In this document: one piece after another, positions 10,753 through 21,608 of the stretch
Layout: every line of letters starts with the position of its first letter
How positions within the stretch are numbered: position 1 is the first letter of the stretch
Assembly: GCA_963810095.1 (NCBI GenBank)
Contig: CAWEMM010000011.1
Span: 192,001-256,000, forward strand
DNA: 64,000 nucleotides
Direction of reading: 5' to 3'
DNA from: an uncultured Chloroflexia bacterium
GTDB taxonomy: Bacteria; Chloroflexota; Anaerolineae; CG2-30-64-16
The notes under the pieces: model-generated
Databases searched by the model: none
What the model saw: the letters and a program-made list of their open reading frames with translations, nothing else
What the model was told of the DNA's origin: nothing
Program-made: the position numbers and the translations under genes

Positions 10753-10826
10753 AATTCCGGCTCGCAAGGGCAGCGCGTCGCTTCCACTCTGCGGTTAGTT
10801 AGGCGGCCCCTGGGGTCTCCGGTCCC

Positions 10827-12817
10827 TCAGGCTCGCTGGGAGATCGCGCTCTCGATCGCGTCCACCTCGGCCAGCCACGCGGCAGGCACGGCGTCCGACG
10901 GCATCCGCCAATCGCCGCGGGGTGACAGGGCGACCGAGCCTACCTTCGGACCGTCGGGCATGGCCGACCGCTTGAACTGCTGGCTGAAGAAGCGCTTGTA
11001 GAACACCCGGAGCCACTTAACGATCACCTCGGGTGCATACTCCCCGTCAAACGCCTGGCGGGCCAGCACGAATACCTTGCGCGGTGGGAAGCCGTAGCGA
11101 ATCGCGTGGTAGAGGAAGAAATCATGGAGCGCGTAGGGGCCCACGGTTTCCTCGGTTTTTTGCTCGAGGGCGCCTTCCTTGCCCAGCGGCAGTAGTTCTG
11201 GGCTGATGGGGGTCGCGCTGATGTCGTGGAGCACGGCCGCAGCGTCGCCCTGGAACTCCTCGTCGGCGGCCCAGTCCACCAGGTAGCGCACCAGGGTTTT
11301 GGGCACCCCCGCGCACACGTGGTACATCGACATGTGGTCCCCGTTGTAAGTCGCCCAGCCCAACGCGAGCTCTGAGAGGTCGCCCGTACCCACGACAAAG
11401 CCGCCGATCTCGTTCGCCAGGTCCATCAAGATCTGCGTGCGCTCGCGCGCCTGGGCATTCTCGTAAGTGATGTCGTGTACGTCTTCGTCGTGCCCGATAT
11501 CGTGAAAGTGCTGGCGGACCGCGGCAGAGATCGGGATCGTACGGAAGCCGACGCCCAACTGCTCGGCCAGCGTTTCCGCATTGCTGCGCGTGCGCGGCGT
11601 GGTGCCGAAACCGGGCATCGTGACCGACTGGATGCCCTGACGCGGCAGGCCGGCTATGTCAAACGCGCGCACCGTGACCAGCAACGCCAGCGTGGAATCC
11701 AGGCCGCCCGACAGGCCGATCGTGACCTGCTTGGTCCCGGTGTGTCGCACCCGCTTGGCCAGGCCAATCGACTGGATATTGAAGATCTCGCGGCAGTGCT
11801 CGGCCCGGCGTGCGGGGTCGGCGGGTACGAACGGCAACCGTGTAAGCTGCGGGCGGATCAGGGGCATGCCCGCGCCGCCGCGCTGCCCGGCAGGCTAAAG
11901 AAGACTTTGCGATACTCGCGCACGGGCTGCGCCGCCGAGTACGTATTGCTGCGCAGCCGCTCGCCGAGCAGACGGTGGACATCCACGTCGGCAATCGCCA
12001 TCTGGGTTTCGAACTTGAACCGCTCCGTCTCGGCAAGAATCGCGCCGTTTTCCGCGATCATCGAGTGCCCCGCCCACACCAGGTCGGTCGTGGACTCGCC
12101 CGGTCCCGCTCCCGCATACAGATAGGCGGCCAGCGAGCGGGCCGACTGTTGGCGCACCAGGTCGCGACGGTACTCGACCTTCCCGAGCAGTTCGTTGCTG
12201 GCCGAGCCGTTCAGCAGCACGGTCGCACCAGCCTGCGCCAGGTCGCCGCTCGGCGGGCTCACGGCCCACAGGTCCTCGCAGATCTCGATGCCGAGGACAA
12301 GGCCCGGCAAATTGTCCGCTGCAAACAGCAGATCGGGGCCAAAAGGGACTTCGATCCCGCCCACCCGGACCGGCTGCGCGACGCAGCGGGCGGCCGGCGT
12401 GAACCACCGTTCCTCGTAGAACTCGCCCGTGCTCGGCAGGAAGCTCTTGGGCACGAAGCCGTGCACCTGACCTTCGGCCAGCAGGCTTGCCACGTTGTAC
12501 AGTTTCCCCTCGACTGCCAGCGGCAAGCCGACGACGGCCGCGATGCCGGCCGACGCCGTGGCCTCGGCGATGGCCGCGAGGGCCTCGAACGCCCGCTCGA
12601 GCAGGAGCGGCTGGAAAAACAAGTCGGCGCACGAGTACGCGGTGATGCAAAGCTCGGGGAAGAGCGCGAGCCGCGCACCCCGGCCGGCGGCCACGCCCAT
12701 CGCATCGATGATCCTGCCGGTATTGAATGCCACGTCTGCCACTCGCAGCTCGGGACTTACCACCGCCACCCGGACGAAACCCAGGCTAGCGGGCGCAAAG
12801 GTGCTATCGTCGGTCAT
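10827..12817 (-). CDS. nadE: Glutamine-dependent NAD+ synthetase, frameshift near 11872
   Basis: Nitrilase domain (FPEL, PK..E, EICEDLW) in 11858-12817; synthetase domain ([25 protein letters not shown]) in 10827-11867. Confidence 0.92.
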
Positions 12818-12853
12818 CTTGGCTCCATCTCAGCGCGCAACACCGCGGCCTCT

Positions 12854-12891
12854 GCAGTTCAGTTCGATCAGTTGCATCAGGGTCCTATTTC
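12854..12891. repeat. Repeat family A, half copy (copy 3)
   Basis: Reverse complement reads GAAATAGGACCCTGATGCAACTGATCGAACTG, i.e. the left arm. Confidence 0.65.
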
Positions 12892-13010
12892 AGTGTAATG
12901 CAACTGGAGTGCGTCCACAAACCCGTTTTGCGTGCAGCACGGTCACTGCAGCACTGCAACGCTGCTTGGCGTTTTGCGTATGACGAATTAGTCTATCTTC
13001 GGAGCCGCCC

Positions 13011-13811
13011 ATGACCACCCCAGACACAACCGAGTTTCCCGCGCTGGCCTTCTACACCCGCTATTACGACGCGCTGCCGCGCAGCCCGGTTTATTCCGAC
13101 TTCTGCCGGCAGTTGTACGGGCTCGACCTGGGGCAGCACGGCTTCTCAGACATGGCCCAGGTTCAGGCGCTGCTGGATGCCGTGTCCCTCGGGCCGGGCG
13201 AAAGCGCGCTCGACCTCGGCTGCGGCGACGGGCGCATTGCGGAAACCATCTCAGACCGGACCGGCGCGCATGTCACCGGTCTCGACCTGATCCCGACGGG
13301 GATCGCGCAGGCGCTGGCCCGTACCCACGACAAACACGACCGCCTGCACTTCGTATCCGGCGACATTGCCCATCTGGACCGGCTCTTCCTGCCCCTCAGT
13401 TTCGACGTCGTCATTGCCATCGATTCGCTGTATTTTGCAGACCTGACCGAGACGGTGCGGCAGATGAAGGACTTGCTCCGGCCGCGAGGCCGCATGGGCA
13501 TCTTCTACGCTCACGGCGCCGACCCTTGGCATCCGGCAGAGACGTTTCCGCGGGAAACACTTGATCCCGATGCCGGCCCGCTGGCCGGCGCGCTGCGCGC
13601 CAACCAGTTGCAATATCGTTGGTGGGACTTCACCGCCGCCGACTACGAACACGCCAGGCGCAAGAAAGCGATCATCGAGGCACTCCGGCCCACCTACTCG
13701 ACCGAAGCGGATCGCTTTCTGTGCGAGTCGCGCATGGGTGAAGCCGAGGGAGTCATGGCGGCATGCGAAGCGGGCGCCCACGTCCGTCACCTATTCCTGG
13801 CCTGGGCTTGA
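13011..13811 (+). CDS. Class I SAM-dependent methyltransferase
   Basis: ALDLGCGDG motif I, VTGLD, FDVVIAIDSLY. Confidence 0.88.
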   Translation: MTTPDTTEFPALAFYTRYYDALPRSPVYSDFCRQLYGLDLGQHGFSDMAQVQALLDAVSLGPGESALDLGCGDGRIAETISDRTGAHVTGLDLIPTGIAQALARTHDKHDRLHFVSGDIAHLDRLFLPLSFDVVIAIDSLYFADLTETVRQMKDLLRPRGRMGIFYAHGADPWHPAETFPRETLDPDAGPLAGALRANQLQYRWWDFTAADYEHARRKKAIIEALRPTYSTEADRFLCESRMGEAEGVMAACEAGAHVRHLFLAWA

Positions 13812-13883
13812 GAGCGTGGCCTGCTGACCGCGCAACCGGCGGGGACGCGGTCCGTATTGTAGGGGTAGATGGGAGTTCGCCGA

Positions 13884-15122
13884 ATGCAGCACTATGACAT
13901 CATCATCGCGGGCGGCGGGTGCGCGGGACTCAGCCTGGCGTACCACTTGCTTCACAGTCCGCTGCGCGACCGCTCGATCCTGATCATCGACCGCGACGAC
14001 AAGGACCAGAACGATCGCACCTGGGCCTTCTGGACCGACCGCCCCACGCCCTTTCAGCCGGTTGTCGAGCGCGAATGGCGCCGCCTGAGCATCCGCACTG
14101 AGGCCGGCGAGTGCAGCATTTCCACGGGTGACTGGCGTTATGTCATGATCCGCGGCGATAAGTGGTATGCGCACGTACGCGGTGTGCTGGCCGGCCGGGC
14201 GAACGTCACGTGGCTCAAGGCACCCGTCAAGCGTATCGAGGATGCAGAGGATGGCGCGGTGGTCGTCGTCGACCCCGACGGTCACGGGCCGGCTCCGGTC
14301 GTGGCATACCACGGCACGTGGGTCTTCGACAGCCTCTTTAACATCAGTGCGTTCAAGCCTGATAACGGGTCGGCGCTCTACCTCCAGCAGCACTTTAAGG
14401 GGTGGTACATCGAGACGCCGGTCGATCGCTTTGACGTCGGCGCGGCCACGATCTTCGATTTTCGCACCGACCAGGCCGGCGAAATGCGCTTCTTCTACCT
14501 GCTGCCGATCTCGCCCCGGTCCGCGCTGGTCGAATATGTCGGGCTGCACCTGGTCGACTTCGACGCCTTGCTCGATGCATACATCCGGGACCGGCTGGGC
14601 GTCGACGACTATCGAGTTGTGAGCGACGAAATCGGCATCACGCCCATGACGGACTACGCGTTCCCGCGCCGGCTTGGGCAGCACATCATGGCGGTGGGGA
14701 TTCAAGGCGGGCTGGCCAAGGCCACGACCGGGTACGCGTTCACGCGCATCCAGGACGACAGCGCGGCGATCGTCGGCTCGCTGATGGAATCCGGCCACCC
14801 GTTCGCCGTTCCGCCGGTCACCCGACCCGGCTACCGCTTCCTGGACTCGGTCATGCTCCAGGTCATGCGCGATAACCCCGGCTGCCTTAAGCCAACGTTT
14901 GAGTCGATGTTCTCCCGGAACCCCGGGCCGCGCATCTTCCGTTTCCTGGATGAGCGGGCAACCTCGGGCGAGATCGTGCGCCTCGTGGCGACGCTCCCGA
15001 AGCTGCCGTTCGTCCTGGGTGCAGCGCAGTTCGCGTTCGGGCGCGGGCGCGCGCGTCTGAGTGGCCGCACTTCAGCGCCACCCGCTCGCCTCGCATCGCC
15101 CTCTGCGGAGTCCGGCCGTTAG
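13884..15122 (+). CDS. Lycopene cyclase family protein (CrtL/CrtY-like flavoprotein)
   Basis: GGGCAGLSLA, DRTWAFW, QHFKGW, FFYLLP..ALVE, GGLAKATTGY. Confidence 0.85.
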   Translation: MQHYDIIIAGGGCAGLSLAYHLLHSPLRDRSILIIDRDDKDQNDRTWAFWTDRPTPFQPVVEREWRRLSIRTEAGECSISTGDWRYVMIRGDKWYAHVRGVLAGRANVTWLKAPVKRIEDAEDGAVVVVDPDGHGPAPVVAYHGTWVFDSLFNISAFKPDNGSALYLQQHFKGWYIETPVDRFDVGAATIFDFRTDQAGEMRFFYLLPISPRSALVEYVGLHLVDFDALLDAYIRDRLGVDDYRVVSDEIGITPMTDYAFPRRLGQHIMAVGIQGGLAKATTGYAFTRIQDDSAAIVGSLMESGHPFAVPPVTRPGYRFLDSVMLQVMRDNPGCLKPTFESMFSRNPGPRIFRFLDERATSGEIVRLVATLPKLPFVLGAAQFAFGRGRARLSGRTSAPPARLASPSAESGR

Positions 15123-15251
15123 CAGGCTTACGGACGGCCGGTCCCTGTGCTATAATCATCCCGACGACGCCGTGCCTCTATCGAGCGCGCCTGTAACCTC
15201 TGGCGCACGGTGTCCGCACTACCCGGCGCGCTTCAAACCCGGAACAGCCAC

Positions 15252-16265
15252 TTGAGACGAATCAAACCCATACTGACCCTGCTCGTGCTGACCTCGGCTG
15301 CCCTGGTGGCGAGCCTGCTGCTTGCCGGCTGCGGCCAGGTCATCACACGGGTGACGCCGACCCCTTCGTCCACGCCCACGGCCCGGCCTGCGATCACCGT
15401 CGCGGCAACCGCGCGCCCCACCTCTACGCCCGCGCCTTATACGCCGGCCCCGACGGCAACGCCGACGATTACGCCGACTCCGATCATCTACAGCATTAAG
15501 TCAGGCGACAGCCTCCTCAAGGTTGCGACGAAGTTCGGGGTCAGCGTAGCGGGGATTCAGGACGCCAACGGCATCACCGACCCGCGTTCGCTCCGCATCG
15601 GCCAGGAACTGATCATACCGATCGAAGAGGCGGAAGAAGCGGCCTCGGGCACGCCGACGCCACAGGCTACCGCGCTGCCGTTTACTGTCACGAACCTGAG
15701 CTTCACAAATTCGCCCTTGGGCGGGCTGTGGAGTTTTGGGGAGATCGTCAACTCGACCGGCACGGAACTGGAACAGGCCGGGGTGACCGTTTCGCTGCTC
15801 GACGAGCAGGGCAATGTGCTGACGCAGGAACAGGGGTTCGTCGGGATTGACCTGCTCCGCCCGGGCGGCAAAGCGCCCTTTGCCCTACGCTTTGCCTCGC
15901 CGCCGCAGACGTTCAACAGCTACCAGGCGCTGCCATGGAAGGGCGTGCAAGGGTACGTGGGCAGTTATTACCTCGACCTTGCCGTGCAGGACGCCACCGG
16001 TTCCGGCGAGCGTTATTCGACCTACACGGTCGCGGGCACGGTGGCGAATACGGGACCGGAAGATGCGGTCGAGGTGACAGTGACGGTGACACTGTATGAC
16101 GCGCTGGGGCGGGTCATCGGCATGCGGCGCGCCGTCCCCGAGCACAACGTGATCCCCCGAGGCGGACAGACGAGCTTCAGCATCGAGCTAACCCCGGCCG
16201 GCGGCCCGGTAGCCAATTTCCATGCCGAAGCACTGGGACGGCGCCAGCCGACTCCCACGCCCTGA
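15252..16265 (+). CDS. Lipoprotein with LysM and two FxLYD-type domains
   Basis: LLAGC lipobox, PT-rich linker, YSIKSGDSL..LRIGQELIIP LysM, VTLYDALGRVIG; extended -10 TGcTATAAT upstream. Confidence 0.82.
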   Translation: MRRIKPILTLLVLTSAALVASLLLAGCGQVITRVTPTPSSTPTARPAITVAATARPTSTPAPYTPAPTATPTITPTPIIYSIKSGDSLLKVATKFGVSVAGIQDANGITDPRSLRIGQELIIPIEEAEEAASGTPTPQATALPFTVTNLSFTNSPLGGLWSFGEIVNSTGTELEQAGVTVSLLDEQGNVLTQEQGFVGIDLLRPGGKAPFALRFASPPQTFNSYQALPWKGVQGYVGSYYLDLAVQDATGSGERYSTYTVAGTVANTGPEDAVEVTVTVTLYDALGRVIGMRRAVPEHNVIPRGGQTSFSIELTPAGGPVANFHAEALGRRQPTPTP

Positions 16266-16410
16266 CCAACCGCAAAGCCACGGCCCCTCAGATGCGCTAG
16301 CCATAGAGGCGCAATAACGGCCGGTGGAGGACGGTAGCAGTTTCAGAAGACGTGCGTGTGGCGAAGGCAGGCGACGCACGCCTTCACGTAATTTCACATA
16401 CCCACGGGCT

Positions 16411-19400
16411 TCACGCGGCTGCTCCGACCATGCCGACGGGAGCATTCACCTGCTCACCCGACAGCAAGCCGGCGATTTCCTGCAGCATCTCGAGCGTCCC
16501 CACCTTGGAGCCAAACTCGCGCAGGGCGTCGTCCCATGTCGTATCGGTCTCCCCTACTTTGACGAGCAGCTCGCCGAAGAAGCCCACGAATTGGGGGCTC
16601 TTCTGCATCAGCCACGGCACGGCCGCGATGCCGCTGCCGGCCCACAGGCGGCTGAGCGGATACAGGTGAAAACCCTCGCGCACCGAGCGCACCAGGGAAC
16701 GCACCCGGCTGCCCTGCTCCGGATCGTTGGCCGACGTGTCGTCCAGCAGACCGTCGAGGAATTGGTCCACCTGTCCGGGATAGAAGCTCCGCGCGAGACG
16801 CAAGAAATCAACCAGCCGGACGCGCACCTGTTCGTCCTCGTAGCTCGCCCACCCGGCTATCGTGCCGAGCATCGGCGCGATGTTCGTGTACTGCGTAGCC
16901 GAGGCGATACATAGCCCGTCGACCAGGCAATCGATGATCCGCAAGATGCGGTGCGTCTGGCCCGCCTCGCCGCCTTCCCATGGCAACGCCAGGATCTTCT
17001 GAATGAAGTCAGAGGAACCACCCGTCTTGGTGCGGCACTCGTGGATCACGGGGAACTGCAGGTAGCCGACCGGAAACTCGGTCATCTTCGGTTTCTCGCC
17101 GGCGTTCCCTCGCACGGGGTACACGTACGTTGCTTCGCGGCCCGTCCACAGCTCGGTCAACATCTCTTCGACGAACGCGATATACTCCCCGCCGAGTTCC
17201 TCCATGTACGCGATCAGCGCCGCGATGCGCAGCGCCAGGTTCTTCGAGTACACGTTGCCCTCGTAGAACAGCCGCTTGCAGAAGCGCCAGGTATCGGCAC
17301 GCTCCGGTTCCTTCGCACGGGCATAGAAGATCATCGCGATGAAAAACATGGGGGTGCCAATCGGCTCCTGAGCGACATTGAACATGCGGTCCATAAGCTC
17401 GGGAGGGATCGGCTTCTTGGGATTGAGATAGCGGGCCATCGCTGCGATGGATGCCCGGTACTCGTGACCTACTCCATAGTCGAACACGCAGCTCAGCAAG
17501 TTGGCATTGTAGATCGCCGCGTTGTTCACGCCCTCGGCGATGAACGAATGCCCCCACCGGCTCAGCGCGAAGCGAATGCCCACAGACAGCAGGCCCTGGG
17601 AGATCAGCTGCGCAAACTGGGCCCACAGCCGGCCAACTCTGTATACGCGGTCGCCGCCCATGTACGCATAGCCCACCATCAGCACGGCGAGGTTAAGGAA
17701 CTGCTGAAGGCCCTTGATGATCTCGGATGCCCGATGGCTCCCGACGAAGTTCTTGAATGCCGAGGGCACCAGCGAACGGAACTGCCGGTCGATGTCGGCG
17801 TACAGACGCTCCAGAACCTGGCTGCCCTGCTCGGGTGCTCGCTGCCACAAATAGAACACGTACTGCGTCGAGAGTTGCCGAACCGCCTCGGATTTGTGCA
17901 TCAGGCCCGCGTGCAGCCCCTCGACCAAACCCACCTCATAGCACGTCTGCACCGCCACCCGGCCCGCGCCATCGCTGCTCATGTCGAGGAGAATATCGAC
18001 CACGAAGTCCCGCACCTTCTGCGGGTCGGTCATCGAATACTCGACCAGCATGTCGATCAGCATGGCCTGGACGCGTGAGTCGGTGCTCCGCGCCAACCTC
18101 TCCAACAGGGGCGTATCCCGCACCTCATGCTCGTCGAGATACATCTGCAGTGCGATTCGGACGGCGCCCCACAGCGACACGAACTCGGCCGATGCCCAAA
18201 TCTGTGCTGTGACGATTTCGGCGCTTTTGGAAGTCAATGGCTCGTGGCCAAGAATTTCGCGCTGGAGTAGATACTCGAAGACCCGATCATAGGTGAACTT
18301 GACCTTACACGGCTGCCGGTCCGCAGCGTCCTGCCGGCCAAACGCCGTCAACACGCCCTTGTCTCGCAGCTGCCAGTAGGGCGACGACAGGGTGGGATTC
18401 AACATTGCCTGCCGCAGCTCGGCATCCTCGCGCAAGTCGGTCTTGATGTCGAGCTCCTCGCGCTTGAGCTCGGTCATCTTCAGGAGGATGCGATCGAGAA
18501 ATGCCAGTTCCTCGCGGTCCTCATGCGACAGCGAATCGACGACATACCCGATCTTGGACTTGACGTAGTTCTCAAATACCTGGCGCGTCTTCGGCACACG
18601 CTTCAGCTCGCGCCCGCGAAAGCTGGTACAGACCAGGCGCATCATGAGCGGGTCGCGGATGAAGTTCTTCACGTTGTCGGGGAGTTCCTCGAAAGGTGTG
18701 ACGACCTCGTAGCGAACCTGGTACTTCTGGTAGACCTCGCGCAGCTCCCACAGCTCAAAACGTTGCAGCCTGATCGCTACCTCGCCAAGCGGCTGGAAGA
18801 AATACTGATCGCCGCGGAAGTTTGGCTTGAGGCGCCCCCAGGTTTCGCTCCGGCAGGTCGCTACAAGCTTGACCTTCAAGCCGGGGGAACCCGACAAGGC
18901 AAGCTCGCGAGCCAGCTCTACCAGCGAGTCCATCAGGCGGCCGGGCGCCTTCGCCTCGTTGACGGCGTCGAAAAGAAGGTACAACCACCTGGGCTGGTCG
19001 CTCTGATTCTCGGCCGCGAGCTGCTTGAAGCGCGTGAATACGCTGGTTTGGAGAAGCATCGACCGCTCGAGGATGCCGGTGACGTCTGGCGCTTCTTCGC
19101 GGATGTCGGCACAGTTGTACAGTAGGACGGCCTCACCCGCATCCTTAAGCGCGTCGGCTAGTGAACAGAGGAAGTTCGTCTTGCCCGTGCCCGAATCGCC
19201 CACGACGAAGAACCCGACCTGGCCAGACTGTAAATAGGGCTCCCAATGACGCATCACCGAGTCGCGCGGCACGTACACGCCCGGGTCGTACTTGTCCACG
19301 TAGAACACCTGCAGCTGATCCTGTGTGATCGAGCGACAGCGCGTCACCAAGGCCCGCCAGTCTTCGGGTTCCCGGCCCGTGCCCTTGGCGGTGTCGATCA

Positions 19401-20337
19401 GCCCCTTCAACTCGCCAACGTAGTCCTCGAGAGCGATGCGCAGCGAGCGGTGCGGCAGGTTCTTCGCGCGCTCGTCGTTGCGCAAGCCGACGTAGGTCAT
19501 CTCGTCGTGCGCAAACTGCTCATAGTAGAAGAAGTCGTCGCGAAAGTCCTTCTGGTCGGCGGGCCGTTTCTCGTGCACCGTGAACACCGCGAACGGAAGG
19601 AGCACGAGCTTCCCATCGGTCTTGAGGTTCCGCACGACCATCGTGCGACCCGGCTGGCACAGGAACGGTTGGGCCAGCAACTTCGTGGGCTCGGGCTTGA
19701 TTTCGGCCCCGCGCAGCACGTGGACGTCCCAATCGAACGCATCGCCATTCGGAGAGCAGTTGAAGACCTGGATCAACTCGTAATTCTTCAGCCACGACAA
19801 GGCGCTCAGCATTTCCAGCAAATGCTTGAGATTGTCGTCAAACTGCTGCACGAGGCGCGTCTCGTATTGCTCGAGACGCCCACCTTCCATCATGCCGCTG
19901 AAGATGCGGAGTTGGTCGACTGCCGACCACGCCCGGCTCGCCGAGCCGTCCTGGTCGAAAACGAAGCGAAACAGATCGGGGACGACCAGGCGGTCTTCGC
20001 GATGACGGCAGTGCCGCATAATATCGCGGATAAACGAAGTGCAGACCTTGATAGTGGGATGGTCGATGCTGTCCGCAATGAGCGCGTCCAGCTCGGCAGA
20101 CCGGAATCCGTAGGTCTCCACCAGCCGGCGGTACTCGCTGAGCGCAATGACCGCACAGTACCGAACGGCGAATTCGAAGGTCGAGACAAGCTGCTGGCAG
20201 CGCTCGAGTGGGTGCCCGGTCGGCATGTCCTGCAGTTGGCCGACCTCATAGCCGATGGGCAAGGGAAAATCGGTTACCTTGATCTCGCGTAGGCTCGCGT
20301 AAGCGGGTCTGAGCGACTCCTCAGAATGCACAGCCAC
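16411..20337 (-). CDS. Large STAND/NACHT-like P-loop NTPase with uncharacterised N-terminal domain and helical C-terminal region
   Basis: Walker A GDSGTGKT, Walker B YLLFDAVNE, VATCR sensor, DPLMMRL, FTYDRVFEY winged-helix motif; GGAGG RBS before GTG 20337. Confidence 0.85.
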   Translation of the reverse strand: MAVHSEESLRPAYASLREIKVTDFPLPIGYEVGQLQDMPTGHPLERCQQLVSTFEFAVRYCAVIALSEYRRLVETYGFRSAELDALIADSIDHPTIKVCTSFIRDIMRHCRHREDRLVVPDLFRFVFDQDGSASRAWSAVDQLRIFSGMMEGGRLEQYETRLVQQFDDNLKHLLEMLSALSWLKNYELIQVFNCSPNGDAFDWDVHVLRGAEIKPEPTKLLAQPFLCQPGRTMVVRNLKTDGKLVLLPFAVFTVHEKRPADQKDFRDDFFYYEQFAHDEMTYVGLRNDERAKNLPHRSLRIALEDYVGELKGLIDTAKGTGREPEDWRALVTRCRSITQDQLQVFYVDKYDPGVYVPRDSVMRHWEPYLQSGQVGFFVVGDSGTGKTNFLCSLADALKDAGEAVLLYNCADIREEAPDVTGILERSMLLQTSVFTRFKQLAAENQSDQPRWLYLLFDAVNEAKAPGRLMDSLVELARELALSGSPGLKVKLVATCRSETWGRLKPNFRGDQYFFQPLGEVAIRLQRFELWELREVYQKYQVRYEVVTPFEELPDNVKNFIRDPLMMRLVCTSFRGRELKRVPKTRQVFENYVKSKIGYVVDSLSHEDREELAFLDRILLKMTELKREELDIKTDLREDAELRQAMLNPTLSSPYWQLRDKGVLTAFGRQDAADRQPCKVKFTYDRVFEYLLQREILGHEPLTSKSAEIVTAQIWASAEFVSLWGAVRIALQMYLDEHEVRDTPLLERLARSTDSRVQAMLIDMLVEYSMTDPQKVRDFVVDILLDMSSDGAGRVAVQTCYEVGLVEGLHAGLMHKSEAVRQLSTQYVFYLWQRAPEQGSQVLERLYADIDRQFRSLVPSAFKNFVGSHRASEIIKGLQQFLNLAVLMVGYAYMGGDRVYRVGRLWAQFAQLISQGLLSVGIRFALSRWGHSFIAEGVNNAAIYNANLLSCVFDYGVGHEYRASIAAMARYLNPKKPIPPELMDRMFNVAQEPIGTPMFFIAMIFYARAKEPERADTWRFCKRLFYEGNVYSKNLALRIAALIAYMEELGGEYIAFVEEMLTELWTGREATYVYPVRGNAGEKPKMTEFPVGYLQFPVIHECRTKTGGSSDFIQKILALPWEGGEAGQTHRILRIIDCLVDGLCIASATQYTNIAPMLGTIAGWASYEDEQVRVRLVDFLRLARSFYPGQVDQFLDGLLDDTSANDPEQGSRVRSLVRSVREGFHLYPLSRLWAGSGIAAVPWLMQKSPQFVGFFGELLVKVGETDTTWDDALREFGSKVGTLEMLQEIAGLLSGEQVNAPVGMVGAAA

Positions 20338-20365
20338 GTGTTCCTCCAACAGTTGCCGCCGGCGT

Positions 20366-21569
20366 CTAGCGACCCCCTATCCGGCGACCGAGCGTATTGA
20401 CAAACACGGCAAACGTCACCAGCCCCAGAAGCGATTCCGCAACGGACAGCGTCTTCGCCCAGGTGCTGAGCGCCGCCAGGTCGGCAAAGCCGATGGTGAC
20501 AAAGGATGCCACGCTGTACAGCAGGGCATCGGTGAATGAAAGAGCGGTCCGGCCAAAGGCGGCGCCGCCGGCAGCGTAATAGAGCCAGGCGAACAGCGAA
20601 GACCACCGCGACGGCAATCACCAGCGAGTTAATCACCCGTTCGCCGTAGCCCCAGGGTGCGCCAATCAGTGCGCTGGACAAAAAGCGTGAGAAATAGCGC
20701 ACTCTGAACCAGCCTGTGGCCGCGGCATCGAGCGCCCGATCCAGCCATTCTGGCACGTCCCGGGCGTACGCCCGCCTTCTCCTGCGGGTGATCCGGTTCC
20801 AAACCCGGTGGACACGCTCGCGAAGACGGAGTTGGGAGGACCGCAGCTCGGGCTCGTAGATCGCGACGCAGTAGCGCGGTGCATAGCAGTAACGCTCCAT
20901 CGTGCGCTCTTGTACGTAGGCCCAGGAAGCATCGTCATAGGCGCCCAACGAGAGGAAGTTGTTCTTCAGGTTGAGGTAGACCGCACACGCCTCGAGAAAG
21001 TCGCGATCCTTTTCCTGCCGAATCCCGGTTCCAAGCGAACGGCGGTCGATCCGCGTGCGATACAGGTTGGCCTTGCTAAAGTCGACCCCGTCGAGCTGCG
21101 CGCCTGACAGATTGGCGCCCTCGAGATTGGCGTTCTGGAAGTCGGCTCTGGTAAGATCGGAGCCTTGGAACTGCGCCTTTGTAAGCTCACAATCAATAAA
21201 CACGCTGTCTGGAAGGACTGCGTAGTTAAGCTGCGCGCCTGTCAGGTCGCAGTGCAAAAAGGAGGTGCTGTCCGCTCGCGCCCGGTCGAGCACAATGCCC
21301 GGCGCGTCCACGTCGACCAGGTCGATCACGGGAAAGCGGCAATTGACGAGCGACCATTTGGCAGGCAGCGGGTTCGCCCGAAGGGCTTCAATCGTCCAGT
21401 CCTCCAGGCTCAGCCGCACGCCACTGGCCGCCAGATCCTCCACCGCGCTGCCGCTCAGCACTTGCTGGTCCTCGCGCAAGAGATCGACCAGGTCGCCGTC
21501 CTTCAGCACCGGTCCCGACTTGCGAACCTGTTCCTGCAACAGCCGGCCGTCGATATGCTCACGCGCCAC
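20366..21569 (-). CDS. Pentapeptide-repeat protein fused to a two-TM K+-channel-like pore domain, frameshift near 20600
   Basis: A(D/N)LxG repeats (ADFQNANLEGANLSGAQLDG), WGYGER, then in the shifted frame DALLYSVASFVTIGFAD..AESLLG; AAGGAGG RBS. Confidence 0.82.
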
Positions 21570-21608
21570 CTGCAACCTCCTTCACTCGCCGACAACCTTC
21601 ATCTCGCG

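Noticed and set aside
11858-11880. Programmed frameshift or natural split of nadE
   Set aside because: No slippery sequence; one of seven similar breaks best explained as indel errors
16270-16330. CGCAAAGCCACGG resembling part of a c-di-GMP-I riboswitch
   Set aside because: The upstream GNRA-tetraloop stem and closing helix are missing, and it lies between convergent gene ends
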